A DNA stretch of 60,126 bases, filler included, from Squatina squatina (lineage: Eukaryota), in the NCBI GenBank assembly GCA_031763465.1. It is 4 parts of 4 records of this genome, joined end to end, with 100 filler letters (N's around TTAATTAATTAA, not from the genome) between each part and the next. Parts side by side here need not be neighbours in the genome. Positions count along the whole stretch, not along the records: positions 1 to 13,977 come from JARFOE010000001.1; 3 more parts are not named here. The stretch is one strand, 5' to 3'. The notes beneath the pieces were generated by a model that saw nothing but the letters and a program-made list of their open reading frames with translations, searched no databases and was not told the origin of the DNA. Below, one piece after another: positions 1-12,149 of this stretch. The position numbers and the translations under genes are program-made. Position 1 is the first letter of the stretch; every line of letters starts with the position of its first letter.

Positions 1-345
1 GGTACCTTGCCCAAGTGCCATTTCCTCATCTGCAAGCTCAGAGAGTAAGAACTGGTAAGTTATCACAGCCAAGCCTGATCCAGTACTCACCAAATACATG
101 TGTACATACACACAACCATTTTCCTCCTGGAATCACTGGATACCAGGGGTCCTAGTTATGTTTCACTTCCTTAGCCCAAAGCACTGAGGTTAATTGTAAT
201 CCACTACCAATGCCCGAGCTGAAATTAGCTACCTGATTTCTTGTTCCATATGATTCGCTTTCACAGAAAACTCAGACTTTCTGAATCTAATTGTGGGATC
301 AAATGCATTTTGCACTATAATATACACACATTTTTAATCACTTAC

Positions 346-548
346 TCTCCTTTCACTTCTCCATGTACATAGGCTTCTTTCCACATGTGACCTTGTAGTT
401 GTTTCAAAGCTGTCGTCTTCCTGTCCCGGGACATCTGCCACAAGATGTTGTTTATCACCGTTTGGATTGTTTGTTCCTTGTCAGCATTCTCCCCCGGGCA
501 TGATTCAGGAATTAGCACTGCTCCGTCTAATTCCTTGTCATCTTTAGC
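346..548 (-). CDS. ENOPH1: Enolase-phosphatase E1, internal coding exon (203 nt)
   Basis: Translates AKDDKELDGAVLIP...NNILWQMSRDRKTTALKQLQGHMWKEAY...GE, with the ENOPH1 DRKTTALKQLQGHMW motif. Bounded by a ttcag acceptor (AG at 550-549) and a GTAAGT donor (345). Divergent from HNRNPDL, as in other vertebrates. Confidence 0.93.
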
Positions 549-968
549 CTGAATGAATGAATGACTGAATGAATGAATGAAATTAATTTTTAAAATTCTC
601 CTAATTGCATAAGACTGAATACCGATTATTAAATGCAATCCACTTAATCGAATATGTTTCTATTTCATTACTTTTATTGTTTTTGAAGAAGGTTACTGCT
701 TGGAAGTGGAATGGCCCTCACCTCTGCTCCCTTAGGTCCAAGGGACGCAGGCTTGAATGGAAATGGTGGACAAATGGTTTAGCCATTCACCGCCAGATCT
801 GGCTGGACCACATAACGCACTATCAGGTCCTGCTCTCGTCTGCCAAAACTGCTCACTATTCCACAGTCNNNNNNNNNNNNNNNNNNNNNNNNNNNNNNNN
901 NNNNNNNNNNNNNNNNNNNNNNNNNNNNNNNNNNNNNNNNNNNNNNNNNNNNNNNNNNNNNNNNNNNN

Positions 969-1330
969 TGTTCCGGGTTTTCTTTTCTGTTTTGTTTGTT
1001 TGGCTCCATACGTGGCGCAATGACTCGGCGCCATGCTGTGTGTGACCTAGTTTTAGTATGTCTCGCCCGTTTCTACACATCGGTCTGTTTTCTGTTTGCG
1101 GTTGGGCTCTTCTTGCGGTGGATGAAGAATGTGCGAGTGTGGCCTCGCTGGTTCACCACTGAACTCGCCAGGCCTTTTTTTAATCGCTTTCCACAAGATC
1201 TTGAACATCAGCGAATTGTTGCGCCGCATTGAAGCCATTTTTCAAGATGGTTACAAAATAAAGCTACGTCCTCGTTTCTTCATACTTATGTTATTTGGCG
1301 GGGAAACACAACAGTCGTATTACATTTTGT
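969..1330. promoter_or_regulatory. CpG-enriched region, probably HNRNPDL intron 1 or the edge of the ENOPH1/HNRNPDL bidirectional promoter
   Basis: Raised CpG density and YY1-like motifs (CGCCATG; GCCATTTTTCAAGATGG) just upstream of the first visible HNRNPDL exon. Exon 1 itself is not visible. Confidence 0.4.
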
Positions 1331-1536
1331 AATAAAATATTAACACATTAGTAATGTACAGCGTTTAAAAATGAAAATACGTCCCCAAGAGACATGGGAA
1401 CGAGCAACTTATCCACAAGGCATGGTTACTTGAGATAACTTTAACTTTTACTATATCTTGCTATTGGTTTGATTATAAATATTGTATTAAAATAACAGGA
1501 TTGTCAAGGTCACTATATATATATTACTGTTCGCAG

Positions 1537-1705
1537 AAAAATGTTCATTGGGGGTCTTAGCTGGGATACAAGCAAGAAGGATTTGACAGATTACTTGTCC
1601 AGGTTCGGTGAAGTAGTGGACTGTACCATAAAGATGGATGCGGTGACGGGACGGTCAAGAGGATTTGGTTTTGTACTATTCAGAGAACCTGCAAGCGTGG
1701 ACAGG
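1537..1705 (+). CDS. HNRNPDL: hnRNP D-like, RRM1 exon (169 nt)
   Basis: [48 protein letters not shown] contains RNP2 and RNP1. cgcag acceptor at 1535-1536, GTAAAT donor at 1706. Confidence 0.92.
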
Positions 1706-3099
1706 GTAAATCAAAATTCTAATACTGCTACAAATCACATCAAAATGTGTGTGTGTCTGTGGATAAAAGTTGTATTGGGAAATGTTTACAATAGTATGTT
1801 ACACATGGGTATCAACTCTTTGAAAATCTGAATATCCAGTTGTGACATTTATAAAAACAAACCTTACTGAGCTGTAGAATTTGGTTTCCCTCCTTTGGTT
1901 GCAATATTTAGTGAAATAAGTAGTTCCGATGTCCTAGTTTGGATGTGCTACAGGTCCGGTACTTGATTCATGCCCTTCTGTAAGTGACCTCAATTGTGTT
2001 AACCCATCCAGTGGTGGGAGGGAGGGCTGTCTCATTTGCTTAATTTGTTTCTTGGGGGTAGTTCATAATTATGGGTGGGGGTGGGGGGGAAGTGGAAGGA
2101 AGCAGTGTTCCATATACNNNNNNNNNNNNNNNNNNNNNNNNNNNNNNNNNNNNNNNNNNNNNNNNNNNNNNNNNNNNNNNNNNNNNNNNNNNNNNNNNNN
2201 NNNNNNNNNNNNNNNNNNNNNNNNNNNNNNNNNNNNNNNNNNNNNNNNNNNNNNNNNNNNNNNNNNNNNNNNNNNNNNNNNNNNNNNNNNNNNNNNNNNN
2301 NNNNNNNNNNNNNNNNNNNNNNNNNNNNNNNNNNNNNNNNNNNNNNNNNNNNNNNNNNNNNNNNNNNNNNNNNNNNNNNNNNNNNNNNNNNNNNNNNNNN
2401 NNNNNNNNNNNNNNNNNNNNNNNNNNNNNNNNNNNNNNNNNNNNNGTAAAGAGCGGATGTGATCATTTTAAGTACACAAATGTGCTTTTTGTTATTGATC
2501 CCCGCTGGGAAAAATATATTGGATTGAGGTAGGAGCTTCTCCTGTGCACCTGAATCTGACCTCTGCTGTAGAAGTTTGAATATCTTCATAGCTTATGGTA
2601 CCAGACATTTATTTAAACCAGGCAACTATATTGGTTCCTACTTGATATGATTGGGGTACAATTTTAAATAGCTATGAATTTACCAGAAAGTATAATTTGG
2701 TCAAGAGTTAATAAAATATTAAATTTCATAGAGCCTTGATATTGTAGAAATGCTCTTTAGGGTGGGGTGGGAGGTGGCGGTGGATGAGTTGTGAAACCCA
2801 AGTCCCCCCCGCTCCCACAGACACACCACGTCAAATATGTTAACACTAACGACAGGCTGTCTGAGAGGTTGAAATGTTTGGAGTTTAGGTGGACAGATGC
2901 AGATTTCTGCTGATCCCTGAGATACCAGATACTGCCCACTGATATTGCAGAAGAGCAGATACTATTGCATTAATACAATCCCATATTCCAGTCGAAATGA
3001 CTCCATTCCCCACCTCACCCACAGTTTTACACCCTCCTTTCCTGAAGGCGCTGACTCTCGCTGGGGTTTCTACGGGTGATGTCCATCCTTAAACGTATA

Positions 3100-3417
3100 C
3101 AAGTCTTTGAAGGCGGCAGGGCAAACTGAGAAGGCTGTTANNNNNNNNNNATCCTAGACTTCCATAACAGAGGCGTAGGGCACAAAAGCAAGGAGGTCGT
3201 GCTAAACCTGAGTAAAAGATTGGTTGGGCCCCACTGGAGCACCGTGTCCGCGTCCAATACTGGGCACCGCGCTTCAGGGAGGATACCGAGGCCTTGGAGA
3301 GGGTTGCGGAGGAAGTTTACTGGCATGGACCCAGGGATGAGGTGCTTCAGTTACCCGGAGAAGCTGGGGTTGATCTCCTTAGAACCGAGAAGGTTAAGGG
3401 GAGATTTGATAGAGGTG
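3100..3417 (+). mobile_element. CR1-type LINE ORF2 3' fragment (degenerate)
   Basis: Frameshifted remnants of the CR1 C-terminus (LVxPxLExCVQxW, ALERxxRxFT, LGLxSLExRRLRGDLIEV). Confidence 0.85.
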
Positions 3418-3581
3418 NNNNNNNNNNNNNNNNNNNNNNNNNNNNNNNNNNNNNNNNNNNNNNNNNNNNNNNNNNNNNNNNNNNNNNNNNNNNNNNNNNN
3501 NNNNNNNNNNNNNNNNNCTGACTGTTTTTAAATAAGGTTCTGTCAGTTATTATTGATGTTGAATAAGAATATATAACTTCT

Positions 3582-3627
3582 GAAAATTGTAGTTTTAGTA
3601 CAGAAAATTGTAGTTTTAGTACAGAAA
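3582..3627. repeat. 21-bp tandem duplication
   Basis: gaaaattgtagttttagtaca occurs twice plus a partial copy, immediately upstream of an HNRNPDL acceptor. Confidence 0.9.
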
Positions 3628-3647
3628 CTCTTCTTAAACTCTTGTAG

Positions 3648-3809
3648 GTCTTGGAACTGAAGGAACACAAACTGGATGGGAGGCTCATTGACCCTAAAAG
3701 AGCAAAGGCAATAAAAGGCAAGGAGCCAGCTAAAAAAGTTTTTGTTGGTGGCCTAAGTCCTGACGTACCAGAAGAAATGGTTAAGGACTACTTTGGAGCA
3801 TATGGAGAG
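3648..3809 (+). CDS. HNRNPDL: hnRNP D-like, RRM1 end, linker and RRM2 start exon (162 nt), GC donor
   Basis: [54 protein letters not shown]. The [11 protein letters not shown] and KGKEP motifs fit DL better than D or AB. tgtag acceptor; donor GAG|GCAAGT. Confidence 0.92.
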
Positions 3810-4359
3810 GCAAGTTGTAACTCATAATCTCAGCAGAGTTTGATGTAAACAGCCTCCATTTGTACTAAATATAGCTAGCTTCTATTTTTAGGCCTGTCAA
3901 AAACCCATACTGTAAGTTAGAGGGACTCTACTTCGCTAATGTTCACAGGCATATTGTGCTTCTCTGTACATACAATAAATAAAAACTTGTTATATTATGT
4001 GTATTGAAATGTTGACCAGGTTTTTCCATTGTAAATGTTGAAGCTTTACTCAAAATTGTGACACAGAAAGCAAGAGTATTATAGATAAGAATTACATGCG
4101 AAGTGTGAAACTCACAAGGTACCCAATTTTATTGTGGGGATGGGAGGAAATGTTCCCTTGTGAAGTTGCTTAATTAAAATTATTTGATCATTCAACTATT
4201 TTTAAGCTCTAAATTACCACTTTATGGTGTGATGCTTAATTTGAATTGTTTGATTCAATTTTTGTGTGGGGAAAAAGTATACTGTTAGTTTCTTTAAATA
4301 ATGAACTGAACAGGACTGTGCACAAAGTCTTGAAATATATCTGAATGGTTCTCTTGTAG

Positions 4360-4443
4360 ATTGAAGGTATTGAACTTCCCATTGACAACAAGACGAATGA
4401 ACGGAGAGGATTCTGCTTCATCACGTTCAAGGAGGAAGAACCA
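4360..4443 (+). CDS. HNRNPDL: hnRNP D-like, RRM2 exon (cut off by gap)
   Basis: IEGIELPIDNKTNERRGFCFITFKEEEP follows a cttgtag acceptor and is in frame with the previous exon. Confidence 0.9.
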
Positions 4444-5815
4444 NNNNNNNNNNNNNNNNNNNNNNNNNNNNNNNNNNNNNNNNNNNNNNNNNNNNNNNNN
4501 NNNNNNNNNNNNNNNNNNNNNNNNNNNNNNNNNNNNNNNNNNNACACGAAATGGTTTCTTTACTGGAACAGTAAAGGAATGCATGGCTAGGTAATTATCG
4601 GTTTATCCGGTTAACCTTTTCCCACTTGTTCAATGGGGGATTCAGTCTAGTTCTGACTGTTGGGTGGGAGAGATAAAACACATGGTCTTGAGGAAGAATG
4701 GTATAGCATTACTTTGTTGAACAACATGGCTGTCGAGGTCTTGATCTAGATCCTTTTTAATAAAATAAAGAATCTCTATCAGGTAATGCACACAGCACTT
4801 TGTTCACAAAGTTGTAGTTAGTGGAGGAGTATGTAAAAGTCCAGTAAATCTGTCTTGCAAGGCTTGTGTTTACAAGGAACAGGAAAAGTAAAAAGTCATC
4901 ACATTGGGATTCCCATTTTCCCCATCTTGTGTAAGAGTAGTGACAGAAGAGACTTGAATCACTAGTCAGCAAGTAATACTTAAGGTAATTGATACACCCA
5001 TTGGCTGACTCACAGCAATGATCCTNNNNNNNNNNAACTGTGTCTCTGCTCTTTTTTTCCTTTTACTACGTGGTTTAGGGGTTTTTAGGTTAGTTAGGAT
5101 GGGAAGTAGATTTAACAGTAGAAATATAATTGCAGCCATCTTGAACCTGCATAGTAACTTAGTGGGGTTACTTTTACGTAATGGTACAATAAAATTACTT
5201 TAAAAGTATTTGGTGTAATTCCTAGTGGGAACACTTCATCCTTTTAATAATAAAAGAAACGTAAGTGTTTTCCACAATTCCAAGATGCATTCATCTATCA
5301 GATTATAACAAACATTTTATGGGCACTATATTGAATTTCAAATACAGATTTACCAAAAGTGTTGCTGGAATTGAAATGGTTTCACTCTCTTAAATAGGTA
5401 CCTAGATTTATGTAATGCATCTTCTACATTTTGCCTAAATCTAGGAGATGGCTATGTAGTTCTATAAACGTTTGTGAGGCTCTTGTTTTGCCTTAAGATA
5501 TATGCCTACATATTTAAACATCTTGCCACTAACGAGTGGCATTCCTGTATGAGCAAAGTTGCAGTGTAAACTGGATTTATTGCATACACAAACAATGTGG
5601 TAGCATCGGATTCTATTATGCAGGCTTTCTATTTCTTGTATGATACAGTAGAAGTCTCCTGCAGGTTTTCTGGGTTTTAGCATAGGACACAATGAGTAGT
5701 GTGTTGCAGGCTTTTTTTTTACTTTTAGGTCTCGTGTTTCCTCTTGCAAACATTCTGGGTTATGGTGTGCCTTAGAACAAACTCCAAAGTTGTTTGTATT
5801 GCTATCTTTTCTTAG

Positions 5816-5967
5816 GACAAAATCAGAACTGGAACCAGGGATACAACAGCTACTGGAATCAAGGTTATAGTAGTTACAACAATGGCTATAGCAATCCAGG
5901 TTACAATNNNNNNNNNNGTATAACTACAACAACTACGGATAAGCTCCAGAATATGATACCTACAATA
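5816..5967 (+). CDS. HNRNPDL: hnRNP D-like Gly/Tyr-rich exon (10-N gap; in-frame TAA at 5940-5942)
   Basis: GQNQNWNQGYNSYWNQGYSSYNNGYSNPGYN..YNYNNYG*APEYDTYN. cttag acceptor, GTAAGT donor at 5968. Confidence 0.8.
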
Positions 5968-8099
5968 GTAAGTTGCACCATTTGGCTAATTGGCTGGTAA
6001 TGCACTTTTTGTGAAGTGGTAAGGTTTCAGAGACATGTTGGTAAACTGCCAGAAGGCCTCAAAAGGTGTATTTATTTGCTGAAAATATTGTAACAAAGAA
6101 ATCAAATATTTTAAAGAACAAAACTTTTATGGGAGGAGTGTTAAAAGCTTTGTAGCCCCTCTGATGTCTCTTCTGTTTTCCTTGGTGCTGCTAGTTAAGC
6201 ACCATGTTATCTTTGTTGTTTAACTACATGAAGTGTGTGTGTTATTTCTGATGACACCACATTGGTGTCCTTCAAGGTGCTTCATCTATAGATAGATTGA
6301 ATTGGCCAGAAAACTTTTGGACCTAAACTTCTGTAAAGGATTTATGGTAGTGGAATCAGCTTGTTTTATGTTTGGAGGCTTTTTGTTATTACTAGTGTTA
6401 AGGGGAGTGTTTAGCCAGCTTTTGTCCAGGTAACAGAGCGTTCCATCTTGGAGAGGAGGAAAAACTAACATTACTCATATCTCCTCGTAGCAAATGTGCC
6501 TCCTGATGGTCAATCAAGGAGCGGCATTGATGGTCGTGGAGAAGTCTGCGGCCTGGACTGCCTCACCCTCTCTGCTGAAGGAGGCTGTTTAGAGGCAAGT
6601 GGCCAGGTGGGTAAAATTATAGGGGTGAAAGAAGAGAATAGGATAAGCCGTAAATCAAAATGAGCTTTTACCCGTTTCCTGCAACCTGCAGAGAATCAAA
6701 TTTTGGTACTGAAACTCATATTTTGGTCCAGGTATTACTAAGCTAGGCCAAAGATGTGTAATAATTAAATTTGTAAATGGGCCACTTTGTTTTGTAATTT
6801 TGTGTATATGTAGATATACAAATTGCATGTTAAACTTGTAANNNNNNNNNNNNNNNNNNNNNNNNNNNNNNNNNNNNNNNNNNNNNNNNNNNNNNNNNNN
6901 NNNNNNNNNNNNNNNNNNNNNNNNNNNNNNNNNNNNNNNNNCGATAGTTTCATGGTCACCATTACTGACACTAGCTTTTTTATTCCAGATTATTTTATTA
7001 ATTATCTGAATTCTGCCATGGTGGGATGACCTACTCTTGCTCCCATTTCTCATGTTCTTATTCCAAGCTTAATGTTCTAAACAGTGAAAACTTGAAACAA
7101 AATATTGAACAAGGATGTTCTTGCCATCCTGAAAGTTAATACAGTACTCTAACTTTGGAGGCATCAAAATACTAGAGGGGGAAAAGCTGATCTGTGAAGC
7201 CAACACTTCAGATTTGTCAACAACCTTTAAATCCACTAAATTATTACGTGAAGACAATCAAGTCGGTCACTTTACAAAATATGGAACGCAAACTTACTTT
7301 TACATGTTGGGACCTGATCATTCCAACCATCGGGTGTGCATAACTGGTAGTCCCGACCAACCAGCTTGTACCTAGAAAAGAAAAACAAGCCATTGTAGAA
7401 AACCACAAGAAAGATCACCTGTTGTCAGACAGTGAGCTGAAGGTTACATGTGACAGTGCTTCCGAGTGCTGGGCCTATCCTGTCTGCTATTTTTCGGTTG
7501 GGCACCTCCCAGTGCTGCTGAAATGTACGGATTTCATTAAAGGTCCAAAAAAAAAGAGAATCTGCCATTTGAAATGTCATTGCTGTGCGCTTCTATAAAT
7601 TGGGCACATTTTCAAACTGACACCCTGGTTTTCAGAACGTACCTTCTTAATGGTAAATGTCCTCAAATTTTGCAAATGGCTGCAAAGATCTTTTCTTGGC
7701 TGTTTTAGTTTGGGTTTGCTTCTATTTTTGGTCTTTGTTTACAATCATTTTGCAGTTAACTGCTGATTTTACCTGTTTTTGTCACCACCTATAGTCAAGG
7801 GGAGTTGCCCTCTGAATCAAAACAGCCTTTCCTGCAGAGGATTGGCATTCCTTTGAAAATTTCTCCTGTTCACTGAGAGCTTGAGGATAATGAAGAGTCC
7901 AATGGGTATGAGTAGAGGCAGGTGCATTGAGGCACTGAAGGTGGCTTGAGTTGTTCCACTCTGACTTAAGCAGCGGTGTATAGGCACCACAATGGTTCCT
8001 TCAACAAGGAACTTTTTCTTTACTACTGGCCGATTTGTTCAACTCTGAGGTGACCATATCCGCTTCATCACAAAGACGGCCTATTTCTACCTCTATCTC

Positions 8100-8435
8100 A
8101 GCCCATTTAAATCCTCATGTTTATATCCTTGCATGACCTTGTCCTCCCGAGCTATGTGACCTCTTCCAGCTGTACAACTCCCAACCGCACCCCCCACCCC
8201 CTACTACTCCATTCGTTTGACTCTGACATACCATGCATTCCTCCCACCCCTTAAGCTGCCTTGAGCCCATGGTGTGGAATTCCCTCCTTAAGGCCCTTTG
8301 CCTCTCCAATTCCCTATCCTCACCTCCCACCCCTTCCTTCACTCTGCTTCTTGGGCTCGGTGTCTGTTTCTCTTTGCTAGCGGAGTGCCTTGGATCCTTT
8401 TTATGTTAAAGGTGCTATGGAAATGCAAGTGGTTA
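8100..8435 (+). mobile_element. L2-type LINE 3' tail fragment
   Basis: ...tgtggaattccctccttaa...ttatgttaaaggtgctatggaaatgcaagt resembles an L2 3' end. Confidence 0.55.
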
Positions 8436-8479
8436 CTGTTGATGTTGCAGTTCACCAGGATTCAATTTTAGAACTTTGT

Positions 8480-9390
8480 CATGTCCTGCAGTCAGAGTTT
8501 CAACCCTCAGCCATGACTAGGATGGCTCTACCGAACATCACTAATTTTTAGAACATCCAAATCACTGGCTCCTTTCACGCTTCTTCACATAGCATCTATC
8601 AGATCAGACAGTCTGCTGTGCAACCTTGCATACATTAGGTCAATGATAGGCCAGGGCAAAGGACTTCCTCACTTTTCTGAAAGAAAATGACCGGCAGAAA
8701 AAGAGGGATCTTCACCTTTTCAGAGTAGCTAGTTCCTCAAGAATGTAGGGCATCATCAATGAAATCTCTGTGGTCATATGGGTTCCTATAAACAATGCTA
8801 TGGGACTTAGGAATAGGAAATATGAACATCTGGGTCGTATGTGACCATTAGAATCACATCATACAGTTGGACGCCGGGTACTCTTGCGGTTTCCATAATA
8901 CGTTTAATTTACATCAGTCTGCAGCTCCACCATTATTGAATGGCACTTATATGCTGGATGGGTGGAGCCTGGTTGGCCAGGGATACCCTCTTGAGCGATG
9001 GTTACTGGCACTAGTACAGAATCCATAAAGTGCACCAGAAAGTAAACATGCCCACAGAGGGACACAAACAAAGCATATAATAGACATGCTGAAACAAAGG
9101 TCCCATTGTCTGGATAGAGCTGGTGTTGTTCCTACTGTGTAGACTTCAAAAGGTGTCCAAAATGATAGCAGTGTGCTGTATGTGGCACAATGGATGCCAT
9201 CAGGCAGAGGAGTCACCATGCAGCAAAATGTAAGAGGAGTGTCCAGAACGGCCAGAAAATGGAGAAAGCGAGGCAGATGCTGCTGAGTTGCCAGTTCCAC
9301 TGGAACTGCAGCAAGGACGACAAATCTGATACTTAGTGGAGAACCATTTCACTCAAATTTTGAAGATCCCCTGCTGCATGTTCTCAATGA
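8480..9390 (+). mobile_element. Degenerate PIF/Harbinger (HARBI1-like) DDE transposase remnant
   Basis: Frameshifted remnants in the expected order: N-x-x-L-V-C-D-H, GW-x-LV-GQGYPLERWLL, MLKQR-x-HCLDRAG. Confidence 0.7.
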
Positions 9391-9949
9391 ACTGTCACAG
9401 GACAGCCAAATGATACCTCAACCCTGTCCTTCACCTCACCCAAGCATGCACATCTGTTCCTCTCCTGCTGCAGAAATGTAGCCCAGGACAAATTAGCTCT
9501 CTGCACAACTCCAAATCCATAATTCCAAATCCATAAATTCAAAGATTTATTACTGCTGTAGTGTTTGAAGTGCTGACAGTGTCTCTTACCACAGTGCGTC
9601 TCCCTTGTGACTGTGTCTGGAGAGTAAATCCTACTGCCTAATATCATTCTCTTTTTAGCTGCTATTCTTATAGGAGAAGGAAGTGCACTGACTGGCTACC
9701 AGGTATATCTGAGTAAATCCTGAATGGTGGTGGCTCTGCATTTTGCGGGGTCAATAGCAGACCCTGCAATTGCGAATGTAGTGGCTGGGCTAGACTGCTT
9801 TCTGACTTTGTATGGGCCATTTGACCAAGGGGTATGGATGTAGAGTTGCACTGGGAAACAGCTTCTTTATCCATGTCCATGCCCTCATTCAGCATGTCCA
9901 CCGACCTGTATGGGAGCGGATCACAATACTACAATGAGGCTGTTGAAAT

Positions 9950-10700
9950 CTCATGCAAGGGTACTGTGCAGACAATTACCCAGCATGGTAACTCCAGAGA
10001 AAACAGACTCACAGACATTGGTTTCTACAGCATCAGGCATGAGATTTCCAAGAACCTGCAGCTGTGCTTTGGATCCCTGTTCAGGTGGGGCTATGCTGCA
10101 CATGACTCTGGTGGTGCCATGCACTCCAAAGTGGACTACAGTTCTGTGAAGCAGATAAACAACTACACAAATTGAGGCAGTGCAGTCCTCCATACTAAAT
10201 GCTACATATTCCAGGGTGCTTCACACACTCCCAAAGGACTCAATAAGTCCAATGATGGGATGGCAGATATCCCATATTTTTGGGGAGTGAAGGCCCGAGG
10301 CCAATAACATCCCAATATGGCCGAATGCAGACAGTGAGATCAAAGGAGCCTCCACACAAGTTGTGCACTCGGCTCATTAGGTCCCTGATGTCAACTTTAA
10401 ATTGTGAGTCCATCTCAATGTAACTGGAGCACCTAAGCAATGCTCCAGCCACACAGAATGGGCATTGAAGGTGAAGCTACCATCTTTTGAAAAGGCAAAA
10501 GAAATTGTTGGCACGGCAACCCCAAAGCATCCGTGATTGGTACTCCTTCCCCAAAACTAGAAAATCCCTGGTGCACAACAAATTTAACCCACTCACCTTG
10601 GCAAACTTTTTCAGTGTGTTAAACTCCTTGCATTGATGAACTGCATCACCAAGAACCTGCACTGACCTGCTCCAGCATCATCTTCCTATGCAGCCCCGAC
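9950..10700. mobile_element. Harbinger remnants: transposase C-terminal piece (+) and Myb/SANT-like ORF piece (-)
   Basis: The + strand gives GMRF...ALDPCSGGAML. The - strand gives QCKEFNTLKKFAK followed by GTGAGT, like the end of a Harbinger Myb/SANT domain exon. Confidence 0.5.
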
Positions 10701-11284
10701 ATCTCCCTCCTGATGATGATGTCCCTCCAAACTAAAGATGGCAAACCTCCCCAGTTTCACCTCTCACAATATTACCCACAGGGTTCTGTCTATAAAAAAG
10801 CAATTCTCCCTCCGGCTTGAGCTGCACAAGGAGATACTGTGATGGCTCTCGACATAATCACAACATTAAAACATAACATTTCACCCAAAATCATTCAGGA
10901 ATTGGTGCAAATGAATACTCACCCTTCATCACAATGATAAGAAGCTCTACTTCCAAAAGTAGTAGCTGGTGCTTCATAATATCCATTCTGAATCTCTCCT
11001 GGATTACCACAGTCCTTTGCTAGACAGAAAAAATGCGATGTTACGAAACACTAAAATCTTCAAACGATTTTTCAATGCAATTCATAGAAATTTAAACATT
11101 AAGGGGATTAAACCGCTGCACATTGTTCCAGAATGCCAGGTTAGTCCAAATGTTGGATTTATTTTCAAAATTTTGGCAACACAAATACAAGATTCACTCC
11201 AATGTTGCAAAACGCCATGATAGCAGGGCCATATCTTCAGCCCAAATTACAAAAATAGCCAATGCACCTTTGCATGACTCGGCA

Positions 11285-11414
11285 AACAGCAATTACGGAT
11301 ATGCTCCAGAATATGATACCTACAGTGGTCTTCAGTGCAACTCCTGAAAGGCATCTAGAGGTGCAGGCAGTCACCAGAATAACTACCAACCATACTAAAG
11401 AAACACTGGTACAG
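11285..11414 (+). pseudogene. HNRNPDL: Processed (spliced) fragment of the HNRNPDL 3' coding end
   Basis: [36 protein letters not shown]. 11294-11324 matches 5934-5964 at 30/31 nt, then runs without an intron into the terminal PY-NLS coding sequence. Internal TGA at 11345-11347. Confidence 0.85.
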
Positions 11415-11589
11415 TTACATCTTTATCAGCCATCAGAAACGCAGCGGAGTGAAGCCAAGGGCACTTCCCTGTCGAGCTCCTGCAGTGATGTCCCTGCACT
11501 GATGTTTGGCCACGACAATCACAACTGTGTGTGTGTGTCAGTCACTACTCCAGCCATTGGAGGCTTCCCCCTTTGACTCCCAGTGATCT

Positions 11590-12100
11590 CAGTTTTGTAA
11601 GGGATCCTTTCTGCCTTAGTTAAATACCAGTTTGATGGTGAGAGCAACTACTCCCACCTTTCAATGCAGACCCTTTGCACCAATTTTCTTGGTTTCACCT
11701 CTATTTCCTACAGTATTTCCTCCTCTTCGGCTACTGCTACTCCTTTATCTCCTTTACCTGCTACATGCTTGCACCTTTCTGTGCTGCAGTTATGGAGCAG
11801 ACCACAATTATTTTGGACACCGTTACTGGGCGATAGAGGGCCACCTCGTTGAAGCAATCCAAACAGCAATATATACAGTTTAGCATGCCAATGCTGTGCC
11901 CTACATTAATTATGGCCTCCTTGCAGTTGCATTTGTCTGCTTTTCAGCACTTTCTCAGTGAGGTCAACAATGGCTACGGTGAATAGTCCTGGTCTCTCAG
12001 CAATCCTCTATTCAGTCAATATGACCTTTTAAATAACACATGCACCAGGGACTTCTGCATAATGAAGGCATCATGACCTCTTCCTTGAGAACAGGCACTT
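11590..12100 (-). mobile_element. Second degenerate Harbinger transposase remnant
   Basis: The minus strand reads GRGHDAFIMQKS...GLL-x-DQ...HSIGMLN, matching the HARBI1-type PGSxHDxFI, LLGD and IGxLK blocks. Confidence 0.6.
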
Positions 12101-12149
12101 ACTTTCATTATATTTCTGTGCAGAGACTAACTAAACTTTAATTGAATAA

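Noticed and set aside
1-260. LF-SINE assignment for the recurring element (also about 16760-17000, 38720-39100, 55630-55830, 59400-59680)
   Set aside because: It looks like an old SINE-like family, but I cannot match it to a named consensus by eye.
6491-6595. HNRNPDL exon between a cgtag acceptor and a GCAAGT donor
   Set aside because: It has no recognisable similarity to the terminal coding exon, so the splice-like sites may be chance.
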